Assembly (NCBI GenBank): GCA_009777175.1
Contig: WRMI01000003.1
Location: 242-64,241, forward strand
From: Marinilabiliaceae bacterium
GTDB taxonomy: Bacteria > Bacteroidota > Bacteroidia > Bacteroidales > Marinilabiliaceae
Reading direction: 5' to 3'
Length of the DNA: 64,000 bases
Position 1 is the first letter of the stretch, and the number at the start of each line of letters is the position of its first letter. Under the pieces are notes generated by a model that ran no database searches, had not been told where the DNA came from, and was given only the letters and a program-made list of their open reading frames with translations. Shown piece by piece: positions 55,458-64,000 of this stretch. A program made the translations under genes and the position numbers.

Positions 55458-55736
55458 ATGATAGAAGAAGAATTGATAGAACAGTTAAAATCACAAATTA
55501 TAGAATCTTTATCATTGGAAGATGTTTCTCCATCAGATTTTGATGCTGATACTCCGCTTTTTGTAGAAGGTTTAGGGTTAGATTCCATCGATGCAATAGA
55601 GTTGATTTTATTACTCGAAAAAAAATATGGCATCAAAATTGAGGATCCAAAGCAACGTAGAGAGGTACTGAAATCTGTGCGCACAATGGCAAATCTGATT
55701 TTGAATAATAAACAACATGACATTGCTAACAAATAA
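55458..55736 (+). CDS. Acyl carrier protein (phosphopantetheine attachment GLDSID)
   Basis: Internal ATG gives MIEEELIEQLK...FVEGLGLDSIDAIELILLLEKKYG. Confidence 0.85.
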   Translation: MIEEELIEQLKSQIIESLSLEDVSPSDFDADTPLFVEGLGLDSIDAIELILLLEKKYGIKIEDPKQRREVLKSVRTMANLILNNKQHDIANK

Positions 55737-56922
55737 TACGAATAGGGTTTTTATCACCGGTTTTGGAATCATTTCCTCGATTGGTTGCGGCGAGAGCGAT
55801 ACTTTCAAAATACTGCAGGAAAAAAGAACTACTTTCAGAAAAGTAACATTTTTAGAAACAGCACTAACTCAATTTCCTGTTGCTGAGGTAAATAAAAGTA
55901 ATCACGATTTGACTCTTTTAGCATCTTTGTCTGATAATGAACATTATAGCCGTACATTTTTGCTTGGAATCATCGCAGCACAACAAGCGATGCAGATGGC
56001 GGGATTGAAAACTTTGGAAGGAATTGTTGCTGCTACAACAGTCGGAGGTATTGATTTATTTGAACGTTCTTACAAAAAATTAATAGATAGCAATTACAGC
56101 GCACAAAACAAACAACAAATAGCTTTTTCGTTAGATATTTCAGATTGTACTGAAAAAATTGCTGATTATTTTGGAATCAGGTCAAACGTTTCAACAATTA
56201 GCACCGCATGTTCATCATCGGCAAATTCATTGATAACAGGGGCCCGAATGATACGTAGTGGGTTGGTAAACAAAATATTAGCCGGAGGAATGGATGCACT
56301 TTCGCTTTTTTCTTTAAACGGATTTAATTCTTTGGAAATTCTCTCCGATACAGGCTGCCGCCCCTTCGACCAACAACGTAACGGCATCACAATTGGCGAA
56401 GGAGCAGCATTCTTAGTTTTAGAATCGGAAAAATCGGCAAAAAACAAAAAAATTTACGGAGAAATTGTTGGATATGCTAACCGAAACGAAACATTTCATC
56501 AAACAGCACCATCACCAAACGGAGACGGAATAGCAATGACCATGAAACAAGCATTAAAAATTGCCGAAATTAATCCCGAATCTATCGATTACATCAACGC
56601 TCATGGTACAGGAACTCTTATGAATGACCTTTCTGAAGGAAACGCAATTAAAACTGTTTTTAAAGAAAATATCCCGCCTATTAGTTCTACCAAAGGTTTT
56701 ACAGGACATACTCTTGCTGCCGCTGGGGCAATTGAAGCAGTGTTGTGTTTGTTATCTTTAAAAAAGCAAAAACTTTTGCCAAATTTAAACTTGGAAAATG
56801 TAACGCAAGAATTGTCGTTTAATCCCGTTACAGAAATGAAAGACGCAAAAATTAATTATATTTTATCCAATTCAATTGGTTTTGGAGGTGCAAATAGTTC
56901 ATTGATAATAAAAAAAGTATGA
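55717..56922 (+). CDS. Beta-ketoacyl-ACP synthase (KAS I/II-like)
   Basis: Cys-His-His triad contexts ISTACSSSANS, INAHGTGT and GFTGHTLAAAG. Confidence 0.85.
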   Translation: MTLLTNNTNRVFITGFGIISSIGCGESDTFKILQEKRTTFRKVTFLETALTQFPVAEVNKSNHDLTLLASLSDNEHYSRTFLLGIIAAQQAMQMAGLKTLEGIVAATTVGGIDLFERSYKKLIDSNYSAQNKQQIAFSLDISDCTEKIADYFGIRSNVSTISTACSSSANSLITGARMIRSGLVNKILAGGMDALSLFSLNGFNSLEILSDTGCRPFDQQRNGITIGEGAAFLVLESEKSAKNKKIYGEIVGYANRNETFHQTAPSPNGDGIAMTMKQALKIAEINPESIDYINAHGTGTLMNDLSEGNAIKTVFKENIPPISSTKGFTGHTLAAAGAIEAVLCLLSLKKQKLLPNLNLENVTQELSFNPVTEMKDAKINYILSNSIGFGGANSSLIIKKV

Positions 56923-57872
56923 TATTCATCAATTCAATTGGGAGCATAACTCCCAACAAGACAATAGAAAACGGGCATTTTCAGTGCGTAGAACCTTTAT
57001 ATAAAGAGTTAATAAATCCCATTCAACTACGGCGAATGTCGCGTATATTAAAGATGGGTTTAGGAGCATCAACAATCTGCATCCAAAATTTGCCAGAATC
57101 TAAAATAGACGCAATTATCGTGGGAACAGGGTTGGCATGCATTTTAGATTTGGAAAAATTTCTTTTTACAGTATTAGAGGGAAACGAACAAAGTTTATCG
57201 CCTATTCCTTTTATTAATTCTACTCACAATACCGTTGCCGCACAAATTGCATTTATGCACAAAATTACAGGTTATTCTAACACTTTTTGTGGTGCTGATT
57301 CTTTTGATTCTGCTCTCGCTGACGCAATTTTGTTACTCAATGAAGACGCAAATCAAGTGCTCATCGGAGGAATTGACGAATACTCTGAATATCATTTTTT
57401 TATGAATAGCGAAGAACATGATTTGAAAAACGCCCAATTCGGTGAAGGGGCTATCTTTTTTATCCTTGAAAAAGAACTAAAAGATAATAGTTTTGCACAA
57501 CTGATTGGAGTTCACAGTTTTTTAACAAAAAATAAAAAATGTAATAACAATCTTTTTGAAATTATTAAAACCGAAATTACTCTTTTTTTAAAAAAATATG
57601 AATTAGAATTGACTGATATTGAGATATTTGTTTCTGGTAAAAACGGAAATTGTTTTTCGGATGATATTTATGATATATTGCAAAGAGATTTTTTTCCACA
57701 TTCGGATACACTACAATTCAAACATCTGTGCGGAGAATATATGACATCAACCGCATTTGCAATGGAACATACAGCGCGGCATTTGAGTAATTGTACTGAA
57801 AAATATGCTCTGATTTATAATCATTTTAATCTCGTGAATCATTCAATTATTTTAATGAAAACAAGTAAATGA
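56919..57872 (+). CDS. Beta-ketoacyl synthase chain-length-factor-like protein (no active-site Cys)
   Basis: 317 aa with a thiolase-like layout; STHNTVAAQIAF replaces the Cys motif. 4-nt overlap with the KS gene. Confidence 0.6.
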   Translation: MIFINSIGSITPNKTIENGHFQCVEPLYKELINPIQLRRMSRILKMGLGASTICIQNLPESKIDAIIVGTGLACILDLEKFLFTVLEGNEQSLSPIPFINSTHNTVAAQIAFMHKITGYSNTFCGADSFDSALADAILLLNEDANQVLIGGIDEYSEYHFFMNSEEHDLKNAQFGEGAIFFILEKELKDNSFAQLIGVHSFLTKNKKCNNNLFEIIKTEITLFLKKYELELTDIEIFVSGKNGNCFSDDIYDILQRDFFPHSDTLQFKHLCGEYMTSTAFAMEHTARHLSNCTEKYALIYNHFNLVNHSIILMKTSK

Positions 57873-57957
57873 AATTGCCCTGCTTATTTGTACCTTTTTT
57901 GTGAACTGAGGTTGATTTATTAACATACGACATCTTTAGATTGCAGAATCATATTAA

Positions 57958-58725
57958 TTAGGATCTTTTGCCTATAGTTCTTTTAAACTCCGAACATATT
58001 ACCGCCGTTGCTACGCTAACGTTCAAAGATTCGGGCAATGTTTTGTTGGTAGAAAACGTTGGAATAGACAATTTTTGGGTAATTAGTTTTTCTATTTCGG
58101 GTCTAATACCGTTTCCTTCATTTCCCATTATTATCAACCCTTTTGGTGAAAGTTGTGTATTGTAAATGTTATCTCCGTTTGTAAAAGCACCGTATATAAT
58201 GTTTTGGGATTCAGTGTATTTAATACAGAACTCTTCAAGATTTTCGTACCTGACATTAAGTCGTGCAATTGCTCCCATTGACGATTGAACAACTTTTGGG
58301 TTATAGATATCAACAGTATCAGTGCTGCAGATAATGGTTTTTATGCCAAACCAATCGGCGATGCGTAAAATTGTTCCAAAATTACCTGGGTCTTGGATGC
58401 CGTCTAATCCTAAAATAAGAGAATTAATATCTATTTTTTCAGAAAAATTATTTTGTTGATGAAATACTGCGATGACATTTTGAGGAGTTTTAAGATTTGA
58501 CAATTTTTTTATAACGCTTTCAGTTGTTATCACAGGATCTACATCACCGAGAGAGTTCTTTTTATAATGAAAATGTTTATCACATACTATGATAAAAGGT
58601 TTCAGTCCGGAATTTACCAAATCAAGTATTAATTTAGGACCTTCTGCAACAAAAAGTTTCAACTTATCGCGATATTTTTTTTTGGAAAGCGAAACAATTA
58701 ATTTTTCTTGATTTTTGCTCAACAT
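57958..58725 (-). CDS. TrmH/SpoU-family RNA 2'-O-methyltransferase
   Basis: GIQDPGNFGTILRIADWFG, IMGNEGNGI and ESLNVSVATAV motifs. Confidence 0.85.
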   Translation of the reverse strand: MLSKNQEKLIVSLSKKKYRDKLKLFVAEGPKLILDLVNSGLKPFIIVCDKHFHYKKNSLGDVDPVITTESVIKKLSNLKTPQNVIAVFHQQNNFSEKIDINSLILGLDGIQDPGNFGTILRIADWFGIKTIICSTDTVDIYNPKVVQSSMGAIARLNVRYENLEEFCIKYTESQNIIYGAFTNGDNIYNTQLSPKGLIIMGNEGNGIRPEIEKLITQKLSIPTFSTNKTLPESLNVSVATAVICSEFKRTIGKRS

Positions 58726-58732
58726 ATTTGCG

Positions 58733-61078
58733 TTAAGCCTTACGTGTAATATATTTATTTCTCATACTATAACCATATTGATAGCTATATTCTTTCTTTT
58801 GGAAAGGAATGCCATTTAAGAGGACAGTGAGGTTAGGCATTTTTTTGGTTTTTTCGTCTCTTAAATTAATTTTCAAAACAGGTTTTGGAGTAGAGTTATG
58901 CCTGACAACTAAAATATTGATGTCCGCGTATGCCGCTAAAAGATGCGCGTCTGAAACCAATCCTAACGGGGGCGTATCTAAAATGACCACATCATAATAA
59001 CTTTGAAGCGCTTCCATTAATTGGTTTGTTTCTTCGCTTGCTATAAGTTCTGCGGGGTTTGGAGGTATTTGACCAGAAAAAATTATGTTAAAGTTTGGAA
59101 CTCCCGTATCTCTAAGCAGGATATTATTAATATCTTTTTCGCCAGTGTAGAAGTTACTAAGACCCATTTCGGGTGGTTTCAGTCCTGTTTGTCGGGATAC
59201 GGATGGTCGTCTGAGGTCAAATTCAACTAAAAGTGTTCTTTTGCCAAGTTGTGCAAAACTATGTGCTAAATTTATTGCACAGAACGACTTACCTTCGCCG
59301 GGAAGTGTTGATGTAAATAGAATTGTTTTTTTCTCTTTTTGATTTGCATAAAAACTCATCGAGACTCGAATACTTCGGAACGATTCCGCTAAAATTGTAT
59401 TTGGTTTGTCGGTACTTATTACAGCTTTTCGTTTCTTTTTAGCACCTTTCACTTTTTCAATTGGTACTTGTCCGATAACAGATGCGGAAGTAATATTTTT
59501 GATATCTTCAATATCTAAAACTCTGTCGTTTAAGAAAATAACGAGAAAAATAATAACAGCGGGAAGTGCTAAACCTCCCATAAATACTATCATTATGTTT
59601 TTCTTTGAATCAGGTGCGACCTGATACCTGTAACTTGCGTCTTCAATAATTTCGTTGTCGGGCAAATTTGAGGCTTTTGCCATCTGTGCTTCTGTAAGTT
59701 TTTGCATCAAAAATGTTGATAGCTCGTCTTGTATTCGGAACGTTTTTTGCATTCCCGCAAAGGTTTGTTCTAATTTTGGAACATTACTTATATCTTGACG
59801 AACACCGTAAAGCTGCCTGTTTAGGTTATTTCTTGATCGTTCGGTTTGACTTCGAAAATTTTTTATGGCATCGATGGTGCTAATTTTCACCGCTTCAATT
59901 TGTCTATCCAAATTTTTGACCGCAGGATTTTCCTTAGTTGATGTAAACAACAGTGCTGCTCTTTTGGAATTAAGTTCTATCAATTGATTCGTAAAATTGC
60001 CAAGAGTGGGGTCAGTTATTCCGTAGGCAATCGGAGGGACTATTTCCAAAATATTTCTATTATTTTCGAGGTAACTTTGCAGGTAATTGAAATAATCGAG
60101 AGTCCTACTTAAAGCACTTCTTTCCATTTCAAGTTCCGCCGAACGAGACATAATTTGCTGTGATTGCAAAGATACGTCCATAATTTGGTGTCTAACTCGA
60201 AACTCTTCTAAGGCGTTTTCGGCTTCACTAAGCGAGTCGGACACTTCCATTAATTGTTTTTCTATAAATAGAATTGTATTAGTAGCGATATGGTTTTTTT
60301 TGTCTAATGTATAATTGACAGATGCTTGCGCTAACTTATTCAGAAAATCAATACCTTTTTGAGTATTGCTTTCAACAACAGATAGTTCAACGATTGAGGA
60401 GCCGCCTCTAACCGTTTCAATTTTTACTTTGTTCTGATACTGACTAATAAGTCGGTTCATGGTATTTATTTGAAAACGATAATGACCGCCAACGTAATTA
60501 GAATTGATGGTATTTTCTTCGACAGGAACTATTGAATAAGAAAATCTGGGGTGATTAATTTTTTCAAAAAAATTGACTTCTTGCTCAAAATCGAGATCTT
60601 TAGATGTCAAAAGAAATTTATCTTGCGATAGAAATTTCAAATCAAATTTTAAATTGATAGGTTTGATTTCTGTTGTATCGACTATAACTCTGAATGGAGA
60701 ATCTTTATAAATTTCTATTTCTCGATATTTATCTTGTTTGAAATAAGAAATTTCGAAATCAAGTTGTCTTAAAATTTTTTCAATTTGATGACGTGATGTC
60801 AAAATAATGTGTTGGTTTTCTTGCTGAATTTGATTAAGCATAACCGTTGGCAGAGCACCGCCCATTCCGCCTATTCCTTCTGATAAACTTTGGTTACTGC
60901 CTATCATCAATTTTGTACCTACTTTGTACAATGGTGTTGTTTTCTTGTACGTATAAATGGAATAACTTGCGAATATTGCAATGCATATCGGAAAGATATA
61001 CCAATAACTTAATAAACGGAAAAATATTTTTATTAAATCAATATTTTTATCCATTTCGGCATCTTCAATACTTCTCAT
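58733..61078 (-). CDS. Polysaccharide co-polymerase / tyrosine autokinase (Wzc/GumC-like)
   Basis: Wzz-like N-terminus with a TM helix, a coiled coil, a second TM helix, Walker A TSTLPGEGKSF, and VILDTPP. Confidence 0.85.
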   Translation of the reverse strand: MRSIEDAEMDKNIDLIKIFFRLLSYWYIFPICIAIFASYSIYTYKKTTPLYKVGTKLMIGSNQSLSEGIGGMGGALPTVMLNQIQQENQHIILTSRHQIEKILRQLDFEISYFKQDKYREIEIYKDSPFRVIVDTTEIKPINLKFDLKFLSQDKFLLTSKDLDFEQEVNFFEKINHPRFSYSIVPVEENTINSNYVGGHYRFQINTMNRLISQYQNKVKIETVRGGSSIVELSVVESNTQKGIDFLNKLAQASVNYTLDKKNHIATNTILFIEKQLMEVSDSLSEAENALEEFRVRHQIMDVSLQSQQIMSRSAELEMERSALSRTLDYFNYLQSYLENNRNILEIVPPIAYGITDPTLGNFTNQLIELNSKRAALLFTSTKENPAVKNLDRQIEAVKISTIDAIKNFRSQTERSRNNLNRQLYGVRQDISNVPKLEQTFAGMQKTFRIQDELSTFLMQKLTEAQMAKASNLPDNEIIEDASYRYQVAPDSKKNIMIVFMGGLALPAVIIFLVIFLNDRVLDIEDIKNITSASVIGQVPIEKVKGAKKKRKAVISTDKPNTILAESFRSIRVSMSFYANQKEKKTILFTSTLPGEGKSFCAINLAHSFAQLGKRTLLVEFDLRRPSVSRQTGLKPPEMGLSNFYTGEKDINNILLRDTGVPNFNIIFSGQIPPNPAELIASEETNQLMEALQSYYDVVILDTPPLGLVSDAHLLAAYADINILVVRHNSTPKPVLKINLRDEKTKKMPNLTVLLNGIPFQKKEYSYQYGYSMRNKYITRKA

Positions 61079-61098
61079 GGTTTTTATTTAATTACAAA

Positions 61099-61905
61099 TT
61101 AATTCATATTAATTAACATATATATTGTTAGTCCGAGGCTAATTGTGCTTGATAACAAAGAAATTGAAGTGGCTGAGAGATTTAATAGTTTTGAGCGTTT
61201 GGGTTCGACGTAGATGATATCACCCGCTTTTAAATAAAAATATGGTGAAAGCAATACTCTTTCGTCTGTAACGTCAAGGATAAACATTTGAGTGGTTTCT
61301 CCGTCGTCGCTTCTGATAAGTCTGATTTTTTTTCTGTTTCCCATATCAGTTAAATCGCCACCAAATGCGATGGCTTCAAGCAAATTAATGTTTTCGCTAT
61401 TTAAGGGATATCGTCCGGGTGAGTTTACTTCACCCAAAATTGTGATAAGGTCGTTAAGTAATTTTACTGCTACGTTACTATCTAATACATATTGGTTTAC
61501 TTCTTTTTCGACTTTTCTTTCGACCTCGCTAAATTGCAACCCTGCGACTTCAATTTTTCCGCAAAGAGGAAAGTCGATACAGCCGTCTGGTCCGACTCTA
61601 TAGCCCATTAAACTGGCAGAAAGCGCATTTTGAGCTCCAGCTGTATTTGTGCCGCCTGTAATAAATGCTAAGGGATTTGCTTCGTCACCAGATCCTCCTC
61701 CATAAGCTGATATATTAATGAAAAGTAAATCGCCGGGCTTTACGCAATAAATCATTTTTTCGTCTTTTGCCTTGCCACTCATTTCGGGCGCTCTTTTTGC
61801 GATGTCACCTTGAAGGTAAACGGTATCTTTCAGCCTTATACATGAACTAAAAAATAACATCATACATAAAACCAAACCGAATAAGTGTAATTTTTTGTTT
61901 ACCAT
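61099..61905 (-). CDS. Polysaccharide export outer-membrane lipoprotein (Wza-like, Poly_export plus SLBB)
   Basis: Lipobox FFSSC; Y.VKPGDLLFINI and PGRYPL motifs. Confidence 0.8.
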   Translation of the reverse strand: MVNKKLHLFGLVLCMMLFFSSCIRLKDTVYLQGDIAKRAPEMSGKAKDEKMIYCVKPGDLLFINISAYGGGSGDEANPLAFITGGTNTAGAQNALSASLMGYRVGPDGCIDFPLCGKIEVAGLQFSEVERKVEKEVNQYVLDSNVAVKLLNDLITILGEVNSPGRYPLNSENINLLEAIAFGGDLTDMGNRKKIRLIRSDDGETTQMFILDVTDERVLLSPYFYLKAGDIIYVEPKRSKLLNLSATSISLLSSTISLGLTIYMLINMN

Positions 61906-61948
61906 ATAGTTAGTTTTTATAAATATTGTATGATATTTTATGCAAAGA

Positions 61949-62281
61949 TTAATCGTCTTTCTTGTCTTTGGAAGGATTCCTATAATAAATTTTATTATCA
62001 GTAAATTCTTTTGCCGCTATTGATGAGGGTTTTGGAAGTCTTTCGTAATATTTTGATATTTCGATTTGTTCTCTATTTTCAAAAACTTCTTCGAGGTTAT
62101 CGGTATATGACGTAAACTCGCCCAATTTTTTGCCTAAATCTTCTTTTATCTCTTTGCTGATTTGATTGGCTCTTTTTGCCATTATCATTACTGATTCGTA
62201 AACATTTCCTGTTTTGTTGCCCATACTTTCTGTATCCCACGTAATGGTGTTTAAGGGCGCTGTTAATTTTTTGTATTCCAT
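61949..62281 (-). CDS. rpoZ: DNA-directed RNA polymerase subunit omega (Bacteroidota type)
   Basis: NVYESVMIMAKRANQIS...LEEVFENREQIEISKYYERLPKP, and its position just downstream of bamD. Confidence 0.7.
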   Translation of the reverse strand: MEYKKLTAPLNTITWDTESMGNKTGNVYESVMIMAKRANQISKEIKEDLGKKLGEFTSYTDNLEEVFENREQIEISKYYERLPKPSSIAAKEFTDNKIYYRNPSKDKKDD

Positions 62282-62312
62282 ATCAAATAATCGATTTATT
62301 GTTATTTAATTT

Positions 62313-63152
62313 TTAATTTAATAGATATGATGCTGTTTCAAAAAAATTGTTTGCCTTGGTTAGATATTGGCTCGACGGAAACTCATTGATAAATGAATAA
62401 TATTCGTCAACGGTTTCTCGGAGTCTTTCTTCTTTAAGTTCTATAACACTATTGATAGCCTGACGATATTTTGACTCAAGGATTAAAAATGATAGTTCTT
62501 CGCGATATTCTGTATCGGGGTACTCGTCTAATATGTTACGTGCGGCTATTATTGCTGATTTGTAATTATTTCCAAGATATGTTCCTAAATTAAAATATAA
62601 TCGGGCATTCAAATAGGCTTTATACACTAATTTATCTCGCAGTTCGTCCATTAATAGAGTTGTTTCAATAACTTTTGGACTATTAGGAAAAAGGTTGATA
62701 AAAAGTTGAAATCCTTCTAATGCATTATAAGTTTCGGTTTGGTCAAGGAGCGGACTTGCGGACATCCTATAATTACAAAAAGGGTGCATAAATTGTGCCT
62801 CTTCGCGAAGTTGGCTCGTTGGATAACTTTGTACAAAGGTGCGATAATAATGTCCTGCAAGCAAAAAATCTTTTGTGTTATAAAGGCAATTGGCATAGAT
62901 AAAGTGCGCCATTTCAGATTTTTCTGTTCCCCTATAAATTCCTATCAATTCATATAATAGTGTTGATGCGCGGTTATAGTCCTCTTTTTCATAATATTCC
63001 ATTGCTTTTTCGTACTTCATTTCATAATCTTTGCTTTTAAGTAATTTTTGATATTTACTGCAAGAAGGAAACAAGAATATTACAGATAGAAATATAATAT
63101 TTCGCAGTTTGAAGGTTTCTGTCAAAATAATATTAAGATGATTTTTCCTCAT
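62313..63152 (-). CDS. bamD: Outer membrane protein assembly factor BamD (TPR lipoprotein)
   Basis: Lipobox LFPSC and TPR-like repeats (YEKAMEYYEKEDYNRA...). Confidence 0.8.
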   Translation of the reverse strand: MRKNHLNIILTETFKLRNIIFLSVIFLFPSCSKYQKLLKSKDYEMKYEKAMEYYEKEDYNRASTLLYELIGIYRGTEKSEMAHFIYANCLYNTKDFLLAGHYYRTFVQSYPTSQLREEAQFMHPFCNYRMSASPLLDQTETYNALEGFQLFINLFPNSPKVIETTLLMDELRDKLVYKAYLNARLYFNLGTYLGNNYKSAIIAARNILDEYPDTEYREELSFLILESKYRQAINSVIELKEERLRETVDEYYSFINEFPSSQYLTKANNFFETASYLLN

Positions 63153-63180
63153 ACTTGGAAAACTTTAAGCGCTTTTATAG

Positions 63181-63252
<72 letters not shown>

Positions 63253-63284
63253 GTTTCATCAAAAAATTTGCATTTTTTGCGCCG

Positions 63285-63292
63285 CAAAAGTA
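63285..63292 (-). promoter_or_regulatory. -7 box TACTTTTG for tRNA-fMet
   Basis: The plus strand reads CAAAAGTA, 33 nt upstream of the tRNA 5' end. Confidence 0.45.
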
Positions 63293-63778
63293 ATATATTA
63301 TTTTTTATTGTGCAAATTTAAATGAAAAAAATGAAAAAAAAATATCATGAGAATTGAATCTAAATTCAGAATTCTTGATTTGGCACAAACTTAATTGTAC
63401 CGATTTTCTATAATTACAAGTATAATGTATTGTTTTTGCCAAACTATAGAGTGTGCCTGATATTTTCAAATATGCCGTAATCACTGAAAATATGGCGACT
63501 TATCACTATCACAATATCGTCCTATGCTGGAGGAATATGTCGCAAAATAGCGACAATTCAATTATGCCCACTGCGTACGGAAACGTCTTATTTTAGAGGG
63601 TAAGTAGAAAGTTCTGAAATTTCAGAAATATAAACATAATCATCACATTATGCTCAAAAATTGCAAAAAATCAATATTTCAATTTTTCAAAATACAAATG
63701 TGTTAAATCCAGAATATCAAATATTTACAGAAACGAATAAAAGAAATCTGATTTTTAAGAAACATAACACAAAAAATT

Positions 63779-64000
63779 TTATTTATCTGGATCAATGCCA
63801 TTTTGAACCCAATCAATTCCTGCTTTCTCCCAATTTTGATTAGTGGTTGCGTCAATGTATCGCTCCCATTGATAAATACCTGTTTCTTTTGCAATTCTTT
63901 TGAACTGCATTGTTGTGATGGAATTGGCTAAAATTACTACTGACTTGATCATGCCCTTTTCTTTCCATAACTTTTGCCCTTCTTGCATATATTTTTGGGC
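63779..64000 (-). CDS. Partial ORF of unknown function (5' end outside window)
   Basis: Open to the window edge. The C-terminal ...WEKAGIDWVQNGIDPDK has no recognised family. Confidence 0.3.
   Translation of the reverse strand, partial: AQKYMQEGQKLWKEKGMIKSVVILANSITTMQFKRIAKETGIYQWERYIDATTNQNWEKAGIDWVQNGIDPDK

Overview
This is a low-GC chromosome segment that looks Bacteroidota-type. The evidence is T9SS C-terminal sorting domains, TAnnTTTG -7 promoter boxes in front of tRNAs and operons, a bamD-rpoZ pair, a DUF6089-uppS-bamA block, LptD/LptFG-like genes and DUF3276.

Most of the window is housekeeping: gdhA, gcvH, ribE, bamA, uppS, a GH13 amylase, dprA, rpsT, nagB, htpG, a Wza/Wzc pair, and eight tRNA genes (Gly, Leu, Met, His, 2x Glu, fMet).

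Accessory or unusual content:
- An AbiEi/AbiEii toxin-antitoxin pair at the left edge, next to a five-gene dideoxy-amino-sugar operon.
- A translationally coupled trio between ribE and tRNA-Leu: a small protein, a 2-TM protein and a PF14907-type nucleotidyltransferase.
- A 1687-aa modular T9SS cargo protein.
- Two tandem paralogous multi-PAS proteins, only one of which has a kinase output.
- An orphan ACP-KS-CLF trio.
- An 8.8-kb gene island between tRNA-Met and DUF3276, the most interesting region.

The island carries one same-strand operon. It encodes a secreted helical protein, a Sel1-repeat T9SS cargo protein, and then a cassette iterated in three states of decay. Each cassette is [3' end of a T9SS-CTD coding sequence]-[signal-peptide EEP/DNase I-fold enzyme]-[lipoprotein]. 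A roughly 690-bp near-identical block straddles the CTD/EEP gene boundary in the first two copies.

The intergenic space holds several repeat families that no gene model explains: stop-codon-rich 7/8-mer microsatellites abutting gene ends, CACAAAG/CTTTGTG palindromic elements, a MITE-like element with terminal inverted repeats, and tetraloop-hairpin elements. No rRNA, CRISPR array, integrase or transposase was seen. All family assignments come from motif recognition by eye, not from searches.
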